DNA of 64,000 nt from an uncultured bacterium (GTDB lineage Bacteria; Zixibacteria; MSB-5A5; UBA10806): positions 128,001 through 192,000 of the forward strand of contig CBEUCH010000006.1 in NCBI GenBank assembly GCA_965541585.1, given 5' to 3'. Under the pieces are notes generated by a model, which was given only the letters and a program-made list of their open reading frames with translations, did no database searches and was not told the DNA's origin. The position numbers and the translations under genes were made by a program. Each line of letters opens with the position of its first letter. Positions within the stretch are counted from its first letter, which is position 1. Shown in pieces: positions 8,937 through 18,740 of this stretch.

Positions 8937-11771
8937 CTAACGATAACCGAATATCTCCGAGTATATTATCAGCAATATCAGGATTACCCCGATCGTAAAG
9001 GCGGTAGCTCCGAAAATCTTAAGGCCTCGCACGGCCACCTCGGGCAACGGGCTGACCAGCCGCTTCTGCAGCTCCCCTGATTTTACCAGCTCCTCGTATT
9101 CACGTGGACGATCGATCTTCAGTTCCTCGACTGAAACCCGGCCGGTGAAAATCACCGTATCCATGGGAAATTTATCCGGCCTGAAATGAGTGTTGAAGAA
9201 ATGCACCGTGAATATGAAACCGACCGCCAGAAGCGCTTCGTCCGAATGTATGATGGTTGCAACGTTGATAAACCACCCCGGCAGGACATAGGTAAAGAGC
9301 TCGGGGAACCATAATATCAAACCGGTGGACCCGATAATCGCCACGCCCCAGAAGACGGCGAAGTAGTCGAATTTTTCCCAGTAGGTCCAGTGGCCATAAG
9401 CGGGGCGTGGCCCGAGGCCGATGAACCATTTAAACGTTCCCGCAGCATCTTTTAAGTCGTTCTTGTTCGGGATCATTGAGTTCGGACCCAGCAGATATTC
9501 CCTCCAGGAGACGTTTTGATCTTTTCTCTTCTTAAACAGCGAAACAGCGTGCGATATAAAGTAGAAAAATGTTATAACGGCCCCGATACGATGGATATAT
9601 CCTGCCGATTCGAAACCGCCCAGAAGACGTGACGCGGTCTGGGCCCAGCCCATATAGGAGAATTTCAGGATCATCCCGGTCAGGGCCAGGGCCAGGAAGC
9701 TGATGATTACCAGGATATGCAATCTCCGGTCGAGCCTTCCGAACCTGAGAAACTGTTTGGCCTTTGGGTCGTGACTAATTTGCTTATATTTCTTTCTCTC
9801 CTGAAGAGAGCGAGGCAGCCATAGTATCGTATGCGCTCCGAAAATTGTGAAGGTTCCGACCAACAGCAGAGTCATAAACCAGAAGGTATAAAAAAGTATC
9901 GGATATTTATCGCGATCATGATGAGTGGCATGGGTCAGGTAGCCGGCAAATCGTCGATGGGATCCCTCGTGACAGTGGGAACAGGTTTCAACTATATTTT
10001 GCCGTGATAAACGTGATCCGGGTTCCCAGATTGGGAGAATATCGTGGGCCCCATGGCAGTCGTTGCATTTAGCCGCTGCAGTGTAACCGAGCTTCGAAAC
10101 TTTGCCGTGGAACGTCTCGAAATATGTGTCAGTGACCTCCATATGACATCGCCCGCATTGGTTGATGATATTGAGCTTGAATCCTTCCTTGTCGGTTCTG
10201 CTGATGGTGTGAGAGGAATGGCAGTCGTCGCACATGGGCAGTGGCTCCCCAGGCTTCTCCTCGCTTGTAAAGTGAATGCTCTGAATGAACTGCTCATAGA
10301 TACCGTTATGGCAGTTCGCACAGGTCTGTGCAATATTGTTGGTATGAACGGTTGATGCCGGATCGCTTTTAGGGAGTTCGTGATGCGGTGTATGGCAATC
10401 GGTGCACATGGCTGTAACCACCAGCCCGCTTTGCAAAAGCCCTTTACCATGAATGCTCATGACATAGTTTTTCAAAATCTCATGCTGCTCCCCGGTATAA
10501 CGCACCGCCGCCCTACTGCCCTCCTTATGGCACCGTCCGCAGAGTTCGGGAACATTAGTAGGATATGTCGGCGATTTCGGACTACGGTGCTCCCTGGTGT
10601 TGTGAACGCCATGACAATCCTGGCAGGTCGGCGCATTGGGATCGCCGCGATCGGAGAGGGTGCCGTGCGTGCTGGTTTCGTAGGTTGCTACTACTTCGGC
10701 ATGACATATGGAACAGTCGACCCTTGTAGTGATGGTTGCGCAGGAACGCCGTCCCGCCGGGCTGGCCCCGGTATGGCATTTGGCGCAGGCGGTCTGCCTG
10801 TGGTCCGAGCTTTTCACCTCAAGGGAATCGACATACAGCGATAGGGTATCGCCATCGCGCACGGTAACCAGATCCGGATTGGAATGGCATTCCATGCAAT
10901 CGCGATCGGACATCCCGAGTTCGTAGAATATCTTTCTGGCCGTATGAGGAGAGTGGCAATCGATACAGATCGGGACTTTATGAGGCTCCTTTTCCCAGAG
11001 TTCGCCCCGTATTACCTGCCGGTGCACCATTTCGATCTGGCCATGACATTGCTGGCAGGTTTTGGGAACGTTATCTTTATAAATGGAAGAGTTCGGATCG
11101 GTATGCGGTAAAACGTTATGGGCTGAATGGCAATCGGAGCAAACCGCGGTAACGGTTAAACCTTGCTTGAACAATCCCTCGCCATGAATACTCTGGGAAT
11201 AATGTGTCAGGATGCTGTCCTGCGGTATATCAAAGGTCCTGTCGACCTCGGTCCCTTCCTTGTGGCACCTTCCGCACATATAAGGGATATTAAATTTCGT
11301 TACTCTGGAGTCGGGAAAGGTCGGTGGCTTTATATCGTGCGATCCATGGCAATCCCAGCAGCGCGGCGCTAATTTGGTGCCCGCCTTCACTGCCTGACCG
11401 TGCAGGCTGTTATTGTAAGTCTCGGAGATAACATCATGGCACATCCCGCACTCAACCGGCTCGAGTTCCTCGTCGTGAGGAAAGTCGGAATCAGCGAGGG
11501 CGGTATGGCAATCGATGCATTCGAAATCAGCGTGGACGGAGCCTGAGAATTTCAAGAGATCGACATATACGGAGAACTCGCGTCCCTTCCGTTCTCCGGT
11601 GAGATCGCTGTCCTCATGACACATCATGCAGTCATCCGCGGATTGCGCTGAGGAATCGGCGTTCCATGAAATGGCAGTAATTAGCGATATGAAAACCAGG
11701 CGCAGAAATATCAGGGCGCCTTTTCCAGATGTTTTTTCGCTGCAGTGCCAGCTACCGAATGCGTCGTTCAT
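8937..11771 (-). CDS. 19-heme cytochrome c fused to a C-terminal cytochrome b (CbcL/FdnI-like) domain
   Basis: 19 CxxCH counted; N-terminal signal; membrane domain with RRLH, IHR, YWEKFDYFAVFWG, IHSDEA, VHFF. Confidence 0.9.
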   Translation of the reverse strand: MNDAFGSWHCSEKTSGKGALIFLRLVFISLITAISWNADSSAQSADDCMMCHEDSDLTGERKGREFSVYVDLLKFSGSVHADFECIDCHTALADSDFPHDEELEPVECGMCHDVISETYNNSLHGQAVKAGTKLAPRCWDCHGSHDIKPPTFPDSRVTKFNIPYMCGRCHKEGTEVDRTFDIPQDSILTHYSQSIHGEGLFKQGLTVTAVCSDCHSAHNVLPHTDPNSSIYKDNVPKTCQQCHGQIEMVHRQVIRGELWEKEPHKVPICIDCHSPHTARKIFYELGMSDRDCMECHSNPDLVTVRDGDTLSLYVDSLEVKSSDHRQTACAKCHTGASPAGRRSCATITTRVDCSICHAEVVATYETSTHGTLSDRGDPNAPTCQDCHGVHNTREHRSPKSPTYPTNVPELCGRCHKEGSRAAVRYTGEQHEILKNYVMSIHGKGLLQSGLVVTAMCTDCHTPHHELPKSDPASTVHTNNIAQTCANCHNGIYEQFIQSIHFTSEEKPGEPLPMCDDCHSSHTISRTDKEGFKLNIINQCGRCHMEVTDTYFETFHGKVSKLGYTAAAKCNDCHGAHDILPIWEPGSRLSRQNIVETCSHCHEGSHRRFAGYLTHATHHDRDKYPILFYTFWFMTLLLVGTFTIFGAHTILWLPRSLQERKKYKQISHDPKAKQFLRFGRLDRRLHILVIISFLALALTGMILKFSYMGWAQTASRLLGGFESAGYIHRIGAVITFFYFISHAVSLFKKRKDQNVSWREYLLGPNSMIPNKNDLKDAAGTFKWFIGLGPRPAYGHWTYWEKFDYFAVFWGVAIIGSTGLILWFPELFTYVLPGWFINVATIIHSDEALLAVGFIFTVHFFNTHFRPDKFPMDTVIFTGRVSVEELKIDRPREYEELVKSGELQKRLVSPLPEVAVRGLKIFGATAFTIGVILILLIIYSEIFGYR

Positions 11772-13786
11772 TGTGTTGTTATTGAACTATGGCTGTCCTT
11801 CTCGACGGATTTCAATTCTTCTGCTAAATCTTTTAAGTCCGGATCTTCCGGATGCTCGTGCTGGTATTGTTCGAGCGGCATCTTGCCGGTGTACCAGGCC
11901 GGATTCATCGGGTAAACACCTGGGCTGAACACCGTGGAATACATGTGCCAGATCAATATCGCCAGTGTCGCAAGCCAGGCCTCGTAATAATGTATCACCA
12001 GCATAACGTCGAGAAAGCCCTTGGGGAACCATCTGACGGCGAGGTTATCGAACCAGAGAACGAACCCGGTAAGAATCATTATGGCGGCTCCCCAGACCAG
12101 CGCCCAGTATTCGGCCTTCTCCACATAACCGAATCGTCCGAAACGAGGCCTCTGTTTGCGTGCGCCCAGATTATAAGCGATCATCTGCCACAACTGCCTG
12201 AGATCCACGAAGGCCGGGATCATATCTTTGAAAAATCGCTTTCCGCGGCCGGTGAAAAGATAAAACAAGTGCCAGATCGTCGTCAGCATAAATAGCACGG
12301 CGGCCACCCGGTGGATTATACCCCTGAGAGGGAATCCTCCCTCCCAGCCGAAAAGCGCTTTCACCCACCAGGCCTCGGAGAATCGAAGCGAAAAGCCCGT
12401 TACAACGAGGACAATAAAGGTCAGCATCAGAAAGGCGTGCTGCCAGACTTCATTGTAGTTCATGCGGCGAACCTGTTTTTTCTGGTTCACCAGTTTGATC
12501 TGCTTGCGAAAATCGATCAGCCAATGAAGCGCCATTCCTCCGATTACTATAATAATAAGCGATATATAGATCTTTTGAATCAGCGCTGCCAGCGGCGTAG
12601 AACTGACCCCGGGCACACCGTGTATCGGTATGCTGGCGACCGCCTGGGAGATCCCCGGATGGCAGTGGCCGCATGTTGCCTGTATGTTTGCGGGATTGAT
12701 AGACGATGTAGAATCGCTGCTGGGAAGGATCCTGTGTGCCCCATGGCAGGACGCACAATTGGCGACGGTAAGATCACCGGCCTTGCTCTTCAAGCCATGA
12801 TAACTATCTACCCACTTCTGCAACCGGCCGGGGCTGATCTCATACCTTTCGTTGAGCTGGGCGGATTCGTGGCAGGGAGTGCAGGTCGCCTCGGCCACCC
12901 TGGCCGGGCTTACGGCCGCTCGCGGATCATCGGGAGAGAGAATACCATGTTCTCCATGGCAATGAGTACAGACCGGAGAATCTGTAATCCCTCTTAAGGT
13001 CAGTTTACCATGGATTCCCTCCCAGTAATCATTTTCTATACTGCGGTGACACTTGCCGCAGGTTTTGGGGATATTAAAGTGATTAACCGTCGATTCCGAT
13101 AAGCCGGCGGCCAGGATCTTATGGGCCGTTCCGTCGGTGGAATGGCAATCGTGGCAGGTGGCGGCTAAGTAGATTCCCCCAAGCGACGCCCGGCCGTGGA
13201 TGCTGTTCTTAAAAAGCTCCACCGGATGCCGCATCATTATCTCGTGCTTCTCGATAAGGTCAAGGTCCTCATGACACCGACCGCAGGTTTGGGGAAGGTT
13301 TAGCGGATTTACGCGAGATTGTTTCTCAGTCGAGACCTCGATATCGTGCTTGCCATGGCAATCCGCACAGGTCGGCATATCGGCGCTCTGCCCAACTTTG
13401 AGATAGCCGTGCCATTGGTAGATCTCCGCCTCGTCCTCGTGACAGTCGCGGCAATTCACCGGAGGGAGTCGCTCGGCATGAGGAGTCTCGACTACACCCG
13501 CGTGGCATGAAACGCATTCGAATTCCGCATGAACCGACGATTCATACCTCGCCTCATCGACATAGAGGGAATACTCCCCGCCCATCTGATCGACACCTGT
13601 CAACTCCTCGTCGCCATGGCATTCCAGGCAATCATCCTGCGCCAGGGCAATAAGGGGATATGCAACGATTAAAACAGATAGGAATGCCCATGTAATCGTC
13701 TTTCTCCAGGTTATCCCGGAGTGATCTGTCTCTTCACCAAACATCCTCGTCAACCCCATCGATAGACAATTCAACGAACGGTCCAA
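11768..13786 (-). CDS. 11-heme cytochrome c fused to a cytochrome b domain
   Basis: 11 CxxCH; WQH, IIHR, YVEKAEYWALVWG, IHYYEA, WHMY; ATGA overlap with the downstream gene; exact start uncertain. Confidence 0.9.
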   Translation of the reverse strand: MDRSLNCLSMGLTRMFGEETDHSGITWRKTITWAFLSVLIVAYPLIALAQDDCLECHGDEELTGVDQMGGEYSLYVDEARYESSVHAEFECVSCHAGVVETPHAERLPPVNCRDCHEDEAEIYQWHGYLKVGQSADMPTCADCHGKHDIEVSTEKQSRVNPLNLPQTCGRCHEDLDLIEKHEIMMRHPVELFKNSIHGRASLGGIYLAATCHDCHSTDGTAHKILAAGLSESTVNHFNIPKTCGKCHRSIENDYWEGIHGKLTLRGITDSPVCTHCHGEHGILSPDDPRAAVSPARVAEATCTPCHESAQLNERYEISPGRLQKWVDSYHGLKSKAGDLTVANCASCHGAHRILPSSDSTSSINPANIQATCGHCHPGISQAVASIPIHGVPGVSSTPLAALIQKIYISLIIIVIGGMALHWLIDFRKQIKLVNQKKQVRRMNYNEVWQHAFLMLTFIVLVVTGFSLRFSEAWWVKALFGWEGGFPLRGIIHRVAAVLFMLTTIWHLFYLFTGRGKRFFKDMIPAFVDLRQLWQMIAYNLGARKQRPRFGRFGYVEKAEYWALVWGAAIMILTGFVLWFDNLAVRWFPKGFLDVMLVIHYYEAWLATLAILIWHMYSTVFSPGVYPMNPAWYTGKMPLEQYQHEHPEDPDLKDLAEELKSVEKDSHSSITTQ

Positions 13787-13812
13787 TTCGCGACCTTAAA
13801 TCTCCATCATCC

Positions 13813-13864
13813 AAAGTAAATTATCGGCATCCCCGTGTCAAGATTAATGTGAAATAATTCTCAA
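13813..13864 (-). promoter_or_regulatory. Sigma70-type promoter plus Rex/CRP-like operator for the cytochrome operon
   Basis: TTGACA-N17-TACTTT on the minus strand; ATGTGAA-ATAA-TTCTCAA at 13847-13864. Confidence 0.5.
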
Positions 13865-14030
13865 GGTTATTTTAACCCCCAATCATAACGTGTTAACAGT
13901 TAAAAAGATCCGCCTATAGTCAGGATGTGGTTTCGTTAAGTTCGTAATGATTATTAATTAGATAAGACTACATTATCTATTTTAGATAACAGGTTTTAAG
14001 TTGTCTTGGGTCGCCGATTGAGATGCAGGC

Positions 14031-14987
14031 CTATTTGATTAGCTCCTGGAATTCATGGAATGACCTCAGGCCATCCAGATCCGAATCGTGCGCCGCCATG
14101 CTTTTGAATCGCGGCGCTATAAGGATTGCCGTTTCGATACTTGCCAGGGCCTCGTCGAATTCCCCGGCCAGGGTCAGGTAACATGCCAGGTCATAGTAGG
14201 TTTCGGGAAGTTGGGGGCCCAGCTCTACCGACTTGCGGGCTTCTTTCACGGCCATCAGCAATTCGCCATTCTGATAGAAATGGGCGGCTGTGTCAAGATG
14301 CGACAGCGCTTTGGATATCTCGTAGAGGCGGGCTATCTCCGCAAACGGTTCGGGGCTATCATCGACCCGGATATCAATCTTGCGATCGTATTGAAGCCCT
14401 TCGGTCTTCTGAACCACGTACAAAGCCGTGGACTGTTTCCCTCTGGCATCTCCCCCTGAGGAATCCCCTGCCAGCAACGCAGCCAGCAGCCTGTCGGCGA
14501 GGTCACCCCCGGTATATTCAAATACCGATACCATATTTATCACGACGCTGTCGGAGACGAGAATATTGCCCTGAGCGGCGCAGTTTACTCCAATAATACC
14601 ACCAGCCCAGTCGATGCATTCGGAGCCGGTAAAGGTGGCGGCGATTCCGTTGAAATCGATTACTCCCAATTGCCGTCTTTCAGAATTCGGGTCGGCGGAG
14701 GTCAGGGAATCTATTACCGCCTGCGGTGACAAACCGCCTTCCAGCAATTCTAACCCGGTAATTCCATAGTCGTAGTTTACCCAGGCCTGGGTGGCGATTG
14801 CACCGACCCCCGCCTTAGCCCAGGGCACGACAGATCCAACCGAGAAATATTTGCTGGCCACCGCCACCCCCAGCTCTCCTGTCAGGGGATCGCAACCGGC
14901 TATCGAGAATGTCGCATAAGGCTCTGAGGCGTTCAGCACCATAATCGGGAGAAGCAGGATGGCAATAAAAAGAAGCAATTGTCTCAT
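14031..14987 (-). CDS. Secreted DUF1028 (Ntn-hydrolase-like) protein with C-terminal TPR
   Basis: Signal peptide then TFSIAG, GAIATQA, RRQLGVID, AAQGNIL, GGDARGKQS, IRVDD; TPR YYDLACY. Confidence 0.85.
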   Translation of the reverse strand: MRQLLLFIAILLLPIMVLNASEPYATFSIAGCDPLTGELGVAVASKYFSVGSVVPWAKAGVGAIATQAWVNYDYGITGLELLEGGLSPQAVIDSLTSADPNSERRQLGVIDFNGIAATFTGSECIDWAGGIIGVNCAAQGNILVSDSVVINMVSVFEYTGGDLADRLLAALLAGDSSGGDARGKQSTALYVVQKTEGLQYDRKIDIRVDDSPEPFAEIARLYEISKALSHLDTAAHFYQNGELLMAVKEARKSVELGPQLPETYYDLACYLTLAGEFDEALASIETAILIAPRFKSMAAHDSDLDGLRSFHEFQELIK

Positions 14988-15129
14988 TAGTTGACCTCCA
15001 TTCCGATAGAGTTACCTTATATTATTTTCCCACCCTCCGGTCAATATGTCAAGGAATTGAGAGATATGACCTGCGAGGAATGCAATGTTTGGCCTTGACT
15101 GGGGTATGGCGTTTTCGTAGCCTTGACCG

Positions 15130-16044
15130 ATGCCCGGCAGGCTTTTAAGATTTGAAGAGTTATCTACCACGGCTCTTGCCGGTCTGGATAAGGAAAAAAC
15201 GGCGATCTTTATACCGATTTCTCCGATGGAGGGTCATGGATCCCATTTGCCGCTGGGCGTGGATTTTTTCAATGCAGAATTCTTCGCGGAAAAGGCGGCC
15301 CGGATCTCTCTTCAAAAGAGGCCGGACTTTGACGCCGTCATCTGTAAAGGAATTCCCCTTGGCACTCAACTCTATAAACAACCGGGCTCATTGAGGATCG
15401 ATGGCGCCACGGTGTATAAGATCATGACCGGCGTGGGCGCTTCCCTGGCGATCTGGGGATACAGGTATTTATTTGTTTTGTCCGGTCACGGATCGCCGAA
15501 GGACATAGTCGCCCTCGAAGCGGCATGCAGAAAGGTTTCGAGAAGGTTCGGAATTCGGATGCACAATCTATCGGGGGCCATGGCTATTCGTTTTTTATCC
15601 GGTGAGTTTACCGATAGGATTTCCGCAGATCTCTCGCGGCCGCTAACCGACGAGGAGAAGACGTTATTGAAAAAGGATACCCATGGAGGCTGGTGGGAGA
15701 CGTCCATGATGCTCTATTTGAAGCCCGGGTTGGTGGACGAGCGATACAGAACGTTGCCTGATACGGAGAAAGGGAATAAAAACCAGGAACCAGGCTATTA
15801 TGGTTCACCATCCAGGGCAAGCGTAGAGTTTGCCGAGGTGTCTGTCCGGGTGATGGTTGAAGAGACGAGCCGGGTGATCGCCAGGTGCCTCGGTGGTGAG
15901 GATATTACAGCGGAGACGACCTCGCCTTTATACAGAATTATCTTCCTGCGGCCGGGATTTAAGAAATATCTCATTCTCTCAGTTATATCCGGCGTACTTG
16001 CTGTGGCGGCGATAGTGGTTATCTATACCGCCATCTTTCGCTAA
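15130..16044 (+). CDS. Creatininase-family amidohydrolase with a C-terminal TM anchor
   Basis: EGHGSHLPLGVD, SGHG, DTHGGWWETS; hydrophobic C-terminus. Confidence 0.85.
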   Translation: MPGRLLRFEELSTTALAGLDKEKTAIFIPISPMEGHGSHLPLGVDFFNAEFFAEKAARISLQKRPDFDAVICKGIPLGTQLYKQPGSLRIDGATVYKIMTGVGASLAIWGYRYLFVLSGHGSPKDIVALEAACRKVSRRFGIRMHNLSGAMAIRFLSGEFTDRISADLSRPLTDEEKTLLKKDTHGGWWETSMMLYLKPGLVDERYRTLPDTEKGNKNQEPGYYGSPSRASVEFAEVSVRVMVEETSRVIARCLGGEDITAETTSPLYRIIFLRPGFKKYLILSVISGVLAVAAIVVIYTAIFR

Positions 16045-16187
16045 TATTCTGATCTCTGCGGTTATTGAAATTGTATCCCGCGCCAGCGTTTATAGTCTTA
16101 TAATTCTCGGCTAATATATGAAGGCTTTTCGACCGATAATAAAACAGGTCGAATGGCTGGAAAATCTTATCAGGGAGGAAATCTTAG

Positions 16188-16760
16188 ATGGCAGGCATTC
16201 CCGCCGGGCGAACATCATCCGTTGAGGCGCTGGAGAAAAATTTTATCTTGCAGACCGAGTTTCGGGCCTCCCCGAAACCGGTAATCGTAACGTCGGTATC
16301 TCTCGACGGCCGGACGGTGCATAAGGTTGAAAGATCATATTCAGAGCCGTATGATACCGAGGCGGGATTGAACGCCGCGGAAGCTACAGTTAGGGCTCAG
16401 CATGAGGGGCTTGCAAAAAAGATTATGGCTAACGGCGCCGATTTTATCAGGCAGACAGGATCTATTAAAATTTCAAAGGCGGACTGGCTTGGCGTAATAC
16501 CCGGCGTTTCGTATGTGGCCAATATTGACGAAAAGCTGGCTACTGAAAACCCGCCGGCTGTTTACATTCAATCCATGTTGATTCTCGCTATTGCCGATGC
16601 CATCAGTCAATCCTCACGCTCTGGTGATTTCAAAGCCAGCGCTATTATCAGCGACCAGGGAAAGTATATAGTTGACAGGGAAGAAAGCACCGGTTTTCTG
16701 ATAAGCCTGAAACCGGATGCCGATATCGGTAAGGTCCTAAAAGAGGTTATAGGGGGATGA
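16188..16760 (+). CDS. Hypothetical protein (possible C-terminal roadblock-like domain)
   Basis: SD GGGAGG; ATGA overlap with the next gene. Confidence 0.7.
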   Translation: MAGIPAGRTSSVEALEKNFILQTEFRASPKPVIVTSVSLDGRTVHKVERSYSEPYDTEAGLNAAEATVRAQHEGLAKKIMANGADFIRQTGSIKISKADWLGVIPGVSYVANIDEKLATENPPAVYIQSMLILAIADAISQSSRSGDFKASAIISDQGKYIVDREESTGFLISLKPDADIGKVLKEVIGG

Positions 16761-17503
16761 ACAAGATCCTTTCCAATATCAGGTCTGTTCCTGGCGTCTG
16801 GGGCACTATCGCCATCGATAAAAAGAGGGCCCTGACCTACCAGATGCTTCCGGCAACCTATAGCACCGAGGCGGTCAAGCAGATAGCCATCCCGACCTTG
16901 AACCTGGCGCGCTCCGCCGAGAAAAACATGGTGATAGACCTATTTTTTGAAAACGGTAAGGCCAGAATCTACAATCATGGCGATGCGGTGGTCCTGATTC
17001 TGGGTCGCCAGGACCTCAATTTCGATATGCTGGCCTCAATCTGCAAAGGGGCCGTGACGGCTATCAACCGACGGTTTGCCCGCGGAGATCTGACTGATCA
17101 GGTCGCTCCCGGCGGTGGGAGTGGAGGATCCAGCGAAGTTAGTTTCGAACTCTTGTTAAAAGCGATAAATATCTTAGCATCCAACGCCCAGCAGAAGATC
17201 GGCGCTTACCTTGTTATGAAGCACCTGCGTAACGCCAAAGACGCTCTGATTGAAAAGTATCAATTTCTGACAACTGTCACGGTCGATAATAACGGCGTCG
17301 CGAACCTTATAAAAGGCTACATTCCTCATAAAGAGGACGATCTTTTGCAGGGATTCGCCCATTGGGCAAATCTCTTTATCTCCAACTGCGCCTCGTCCTC
17401 CGATAAGCTCAATCCAGCCGATATACTCGAGCTGACCATGGAAATTAAAGACAAATTGGAGCTTTCCGGTTTCTACCAGCTTTATGCCGATATAGGGATA
17501 TAA
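16757..17503 (+). CDS. Roadblock/LC7-like N-terminal domain protein
   Basis: ILSNIRSVPGVWGTIAID resembles the roadblock start; Gly/Ser linker to a helical C-domain. Confidence 0.6.
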   Translation: MNKILSNIRSVPGVWGTIAIDKKRALTYQMLPATYSTEAVKQIAIPTLNLARSAEKNMVIDLFFENGKARIYNHGDAVVLILGRQDLNFDMLASICKGAVTAINRRFARGDLTDQVAPGGGSGGSSEVSFELLLKAINILASNAQQKIGAYLVMKHLRNAKDALIEKYQFLTTVTVDNNGVANLIKGYIPHKEDDLLQGFAHWANLFISNCASSSDKLNPADILELTMEIKDKLELSGFYQLYADIGI

Positions 17504-17583
17504 TACTACTTAATCTTCGCTTGACATCAATATACATTTTTGATATAAGTAATAACGGTTCTGTCTCGGCGAACGGAAGTCTT

Positions 17584-18594
17584 ATGACCTGCTTGTTAAG
17601 GATTATTTTCATATCAACAATAGTATGCGTATTAATGTTTTCGCCGGGAATCGTTTCCGCCGGATACACCGTCACGGAAATCCTCGTCATCCCCTGGGGC
17701 GAGGGGCCGAATGAACTTGCTATTACTGAGGAGCATCGCGAGTACTATGAATGCGGCCCGATCGATACAGTAGGATATCTTGTTGGCGGCGACGGGCCGG
17801 AAGAGATGTTTGTTGACCTGGAGGAGAACATTTATTTCACATCGAATAGCCTGGCTTACTTAAAGGGGTTTGATAATCATGGCAATGTTATAGTTGATTA
17901 TTCCACAGACAAAACCAAATTCAACTACGATTTTTTCTGTGGCTGGTTTTATGATGTATATGTTGATTCTCTTGGCCGCATCTATTGCAACGGCAACGAA
18001 TTGGCTTGCATGTCAGTTGCGGTGGTTGATCGGAATAACAACCTTTTAGAGAGACTCAATCCCCTTGGATATGATACAGATCTTCCGGCATCGGTTGAAT
18101 ACCGGGGCTCCGACGATGTTATTCTCTTTAAATCCTGGGTATATGGATTTTCTACCTACATGAACGGACAATTCTATCCCGGCGGTTCTTATGGCTGGAG
18201 AGCAAGTGACGGATATTACTATCATGTCCAGGTGAGAGATTCATCATCGTTTCGGTTCATCCGGTTGGCGAATCCCGACACCAGCGGGCATCCGGAAACC
18301 GCGGACACCACGATCGTCCCTTACCCGCCCGGCGGTTTGAAGTTGGCTTTCTCGATGGGTGTCGATGATGATTTGAGACTCTATGTACAATTTTTGGATA
18401 CCTCCCGCGATACGTGGAAAGTTCGTGTATATGATAAAAATTACGATTTTCTCGATGAGATTTTGCCTTTACCCACAGAGGAAAACCGCTATAAGTTATA
18501 CACGCCGGATCTGTTTTTCCGGCAAGACGGCAACGTTTACGAATTCCACTGTCGGGATGACGGCATGCATGTTTTCAGATGGAGCGAACAGTGA
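17584..18594 (+). CDS. Secreted hypothetical protein (beta-rich)
   Basis: Signal peptide ending VSA; the track's TTG at 17521 is the -35 of TTGACA-N17-TATAAG. Confidence 0.7.
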   Translation: MTCLLRIIFISTIVCVLMFSPGIVSAGYTVTEILVIPWGEGPNELAITEEHREYYECGPIDTVGYLVGGDGPEEMFVDLEENIYFTSNSLAYLKGFDNHGNVIVDYSTDKTKFNYDFFCGWFYDVYVDSLGRIYCNGNELACMSVAVVDRNNNLLERLNPLGYDTDLPASVEYRGSDDVILFKSWVYGFSTYMNGQFYPGGSYGWRASDGYYYHVQVRDSSSFRFIRLANPDTSGHPETADTTIVPYPPGGLKLAFSMGVDDDLRLYVQFLDTSRDTWKVRVYDKNYDFLDEILPLPTEENRYKLYTPDLFFRQDGNVYEFHCRDDGMHVFRWSEQ

Positions 18595-18740
18595 AAATAA
18601 TCGCTCAATAATAGCTCTGCCCGGCTTTCTCGATAGATTCTAGGAAATCATACCCCCACATTCGCCCTTGACTTTGCATACCTTCATATCTATCTATGGC
18701 ATCTGTATGGATTATTCTTGATCTGATAAATGGAGGCTCT

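Noticed and set aside
16110..16140. Sigma28-like CCGA(T/A)A motifs here and near 5990, 8820, 13825, 40815 and 46040
   Set aside because: Spacing to any -35 element is inconsistent; needs genome-wide statistics.
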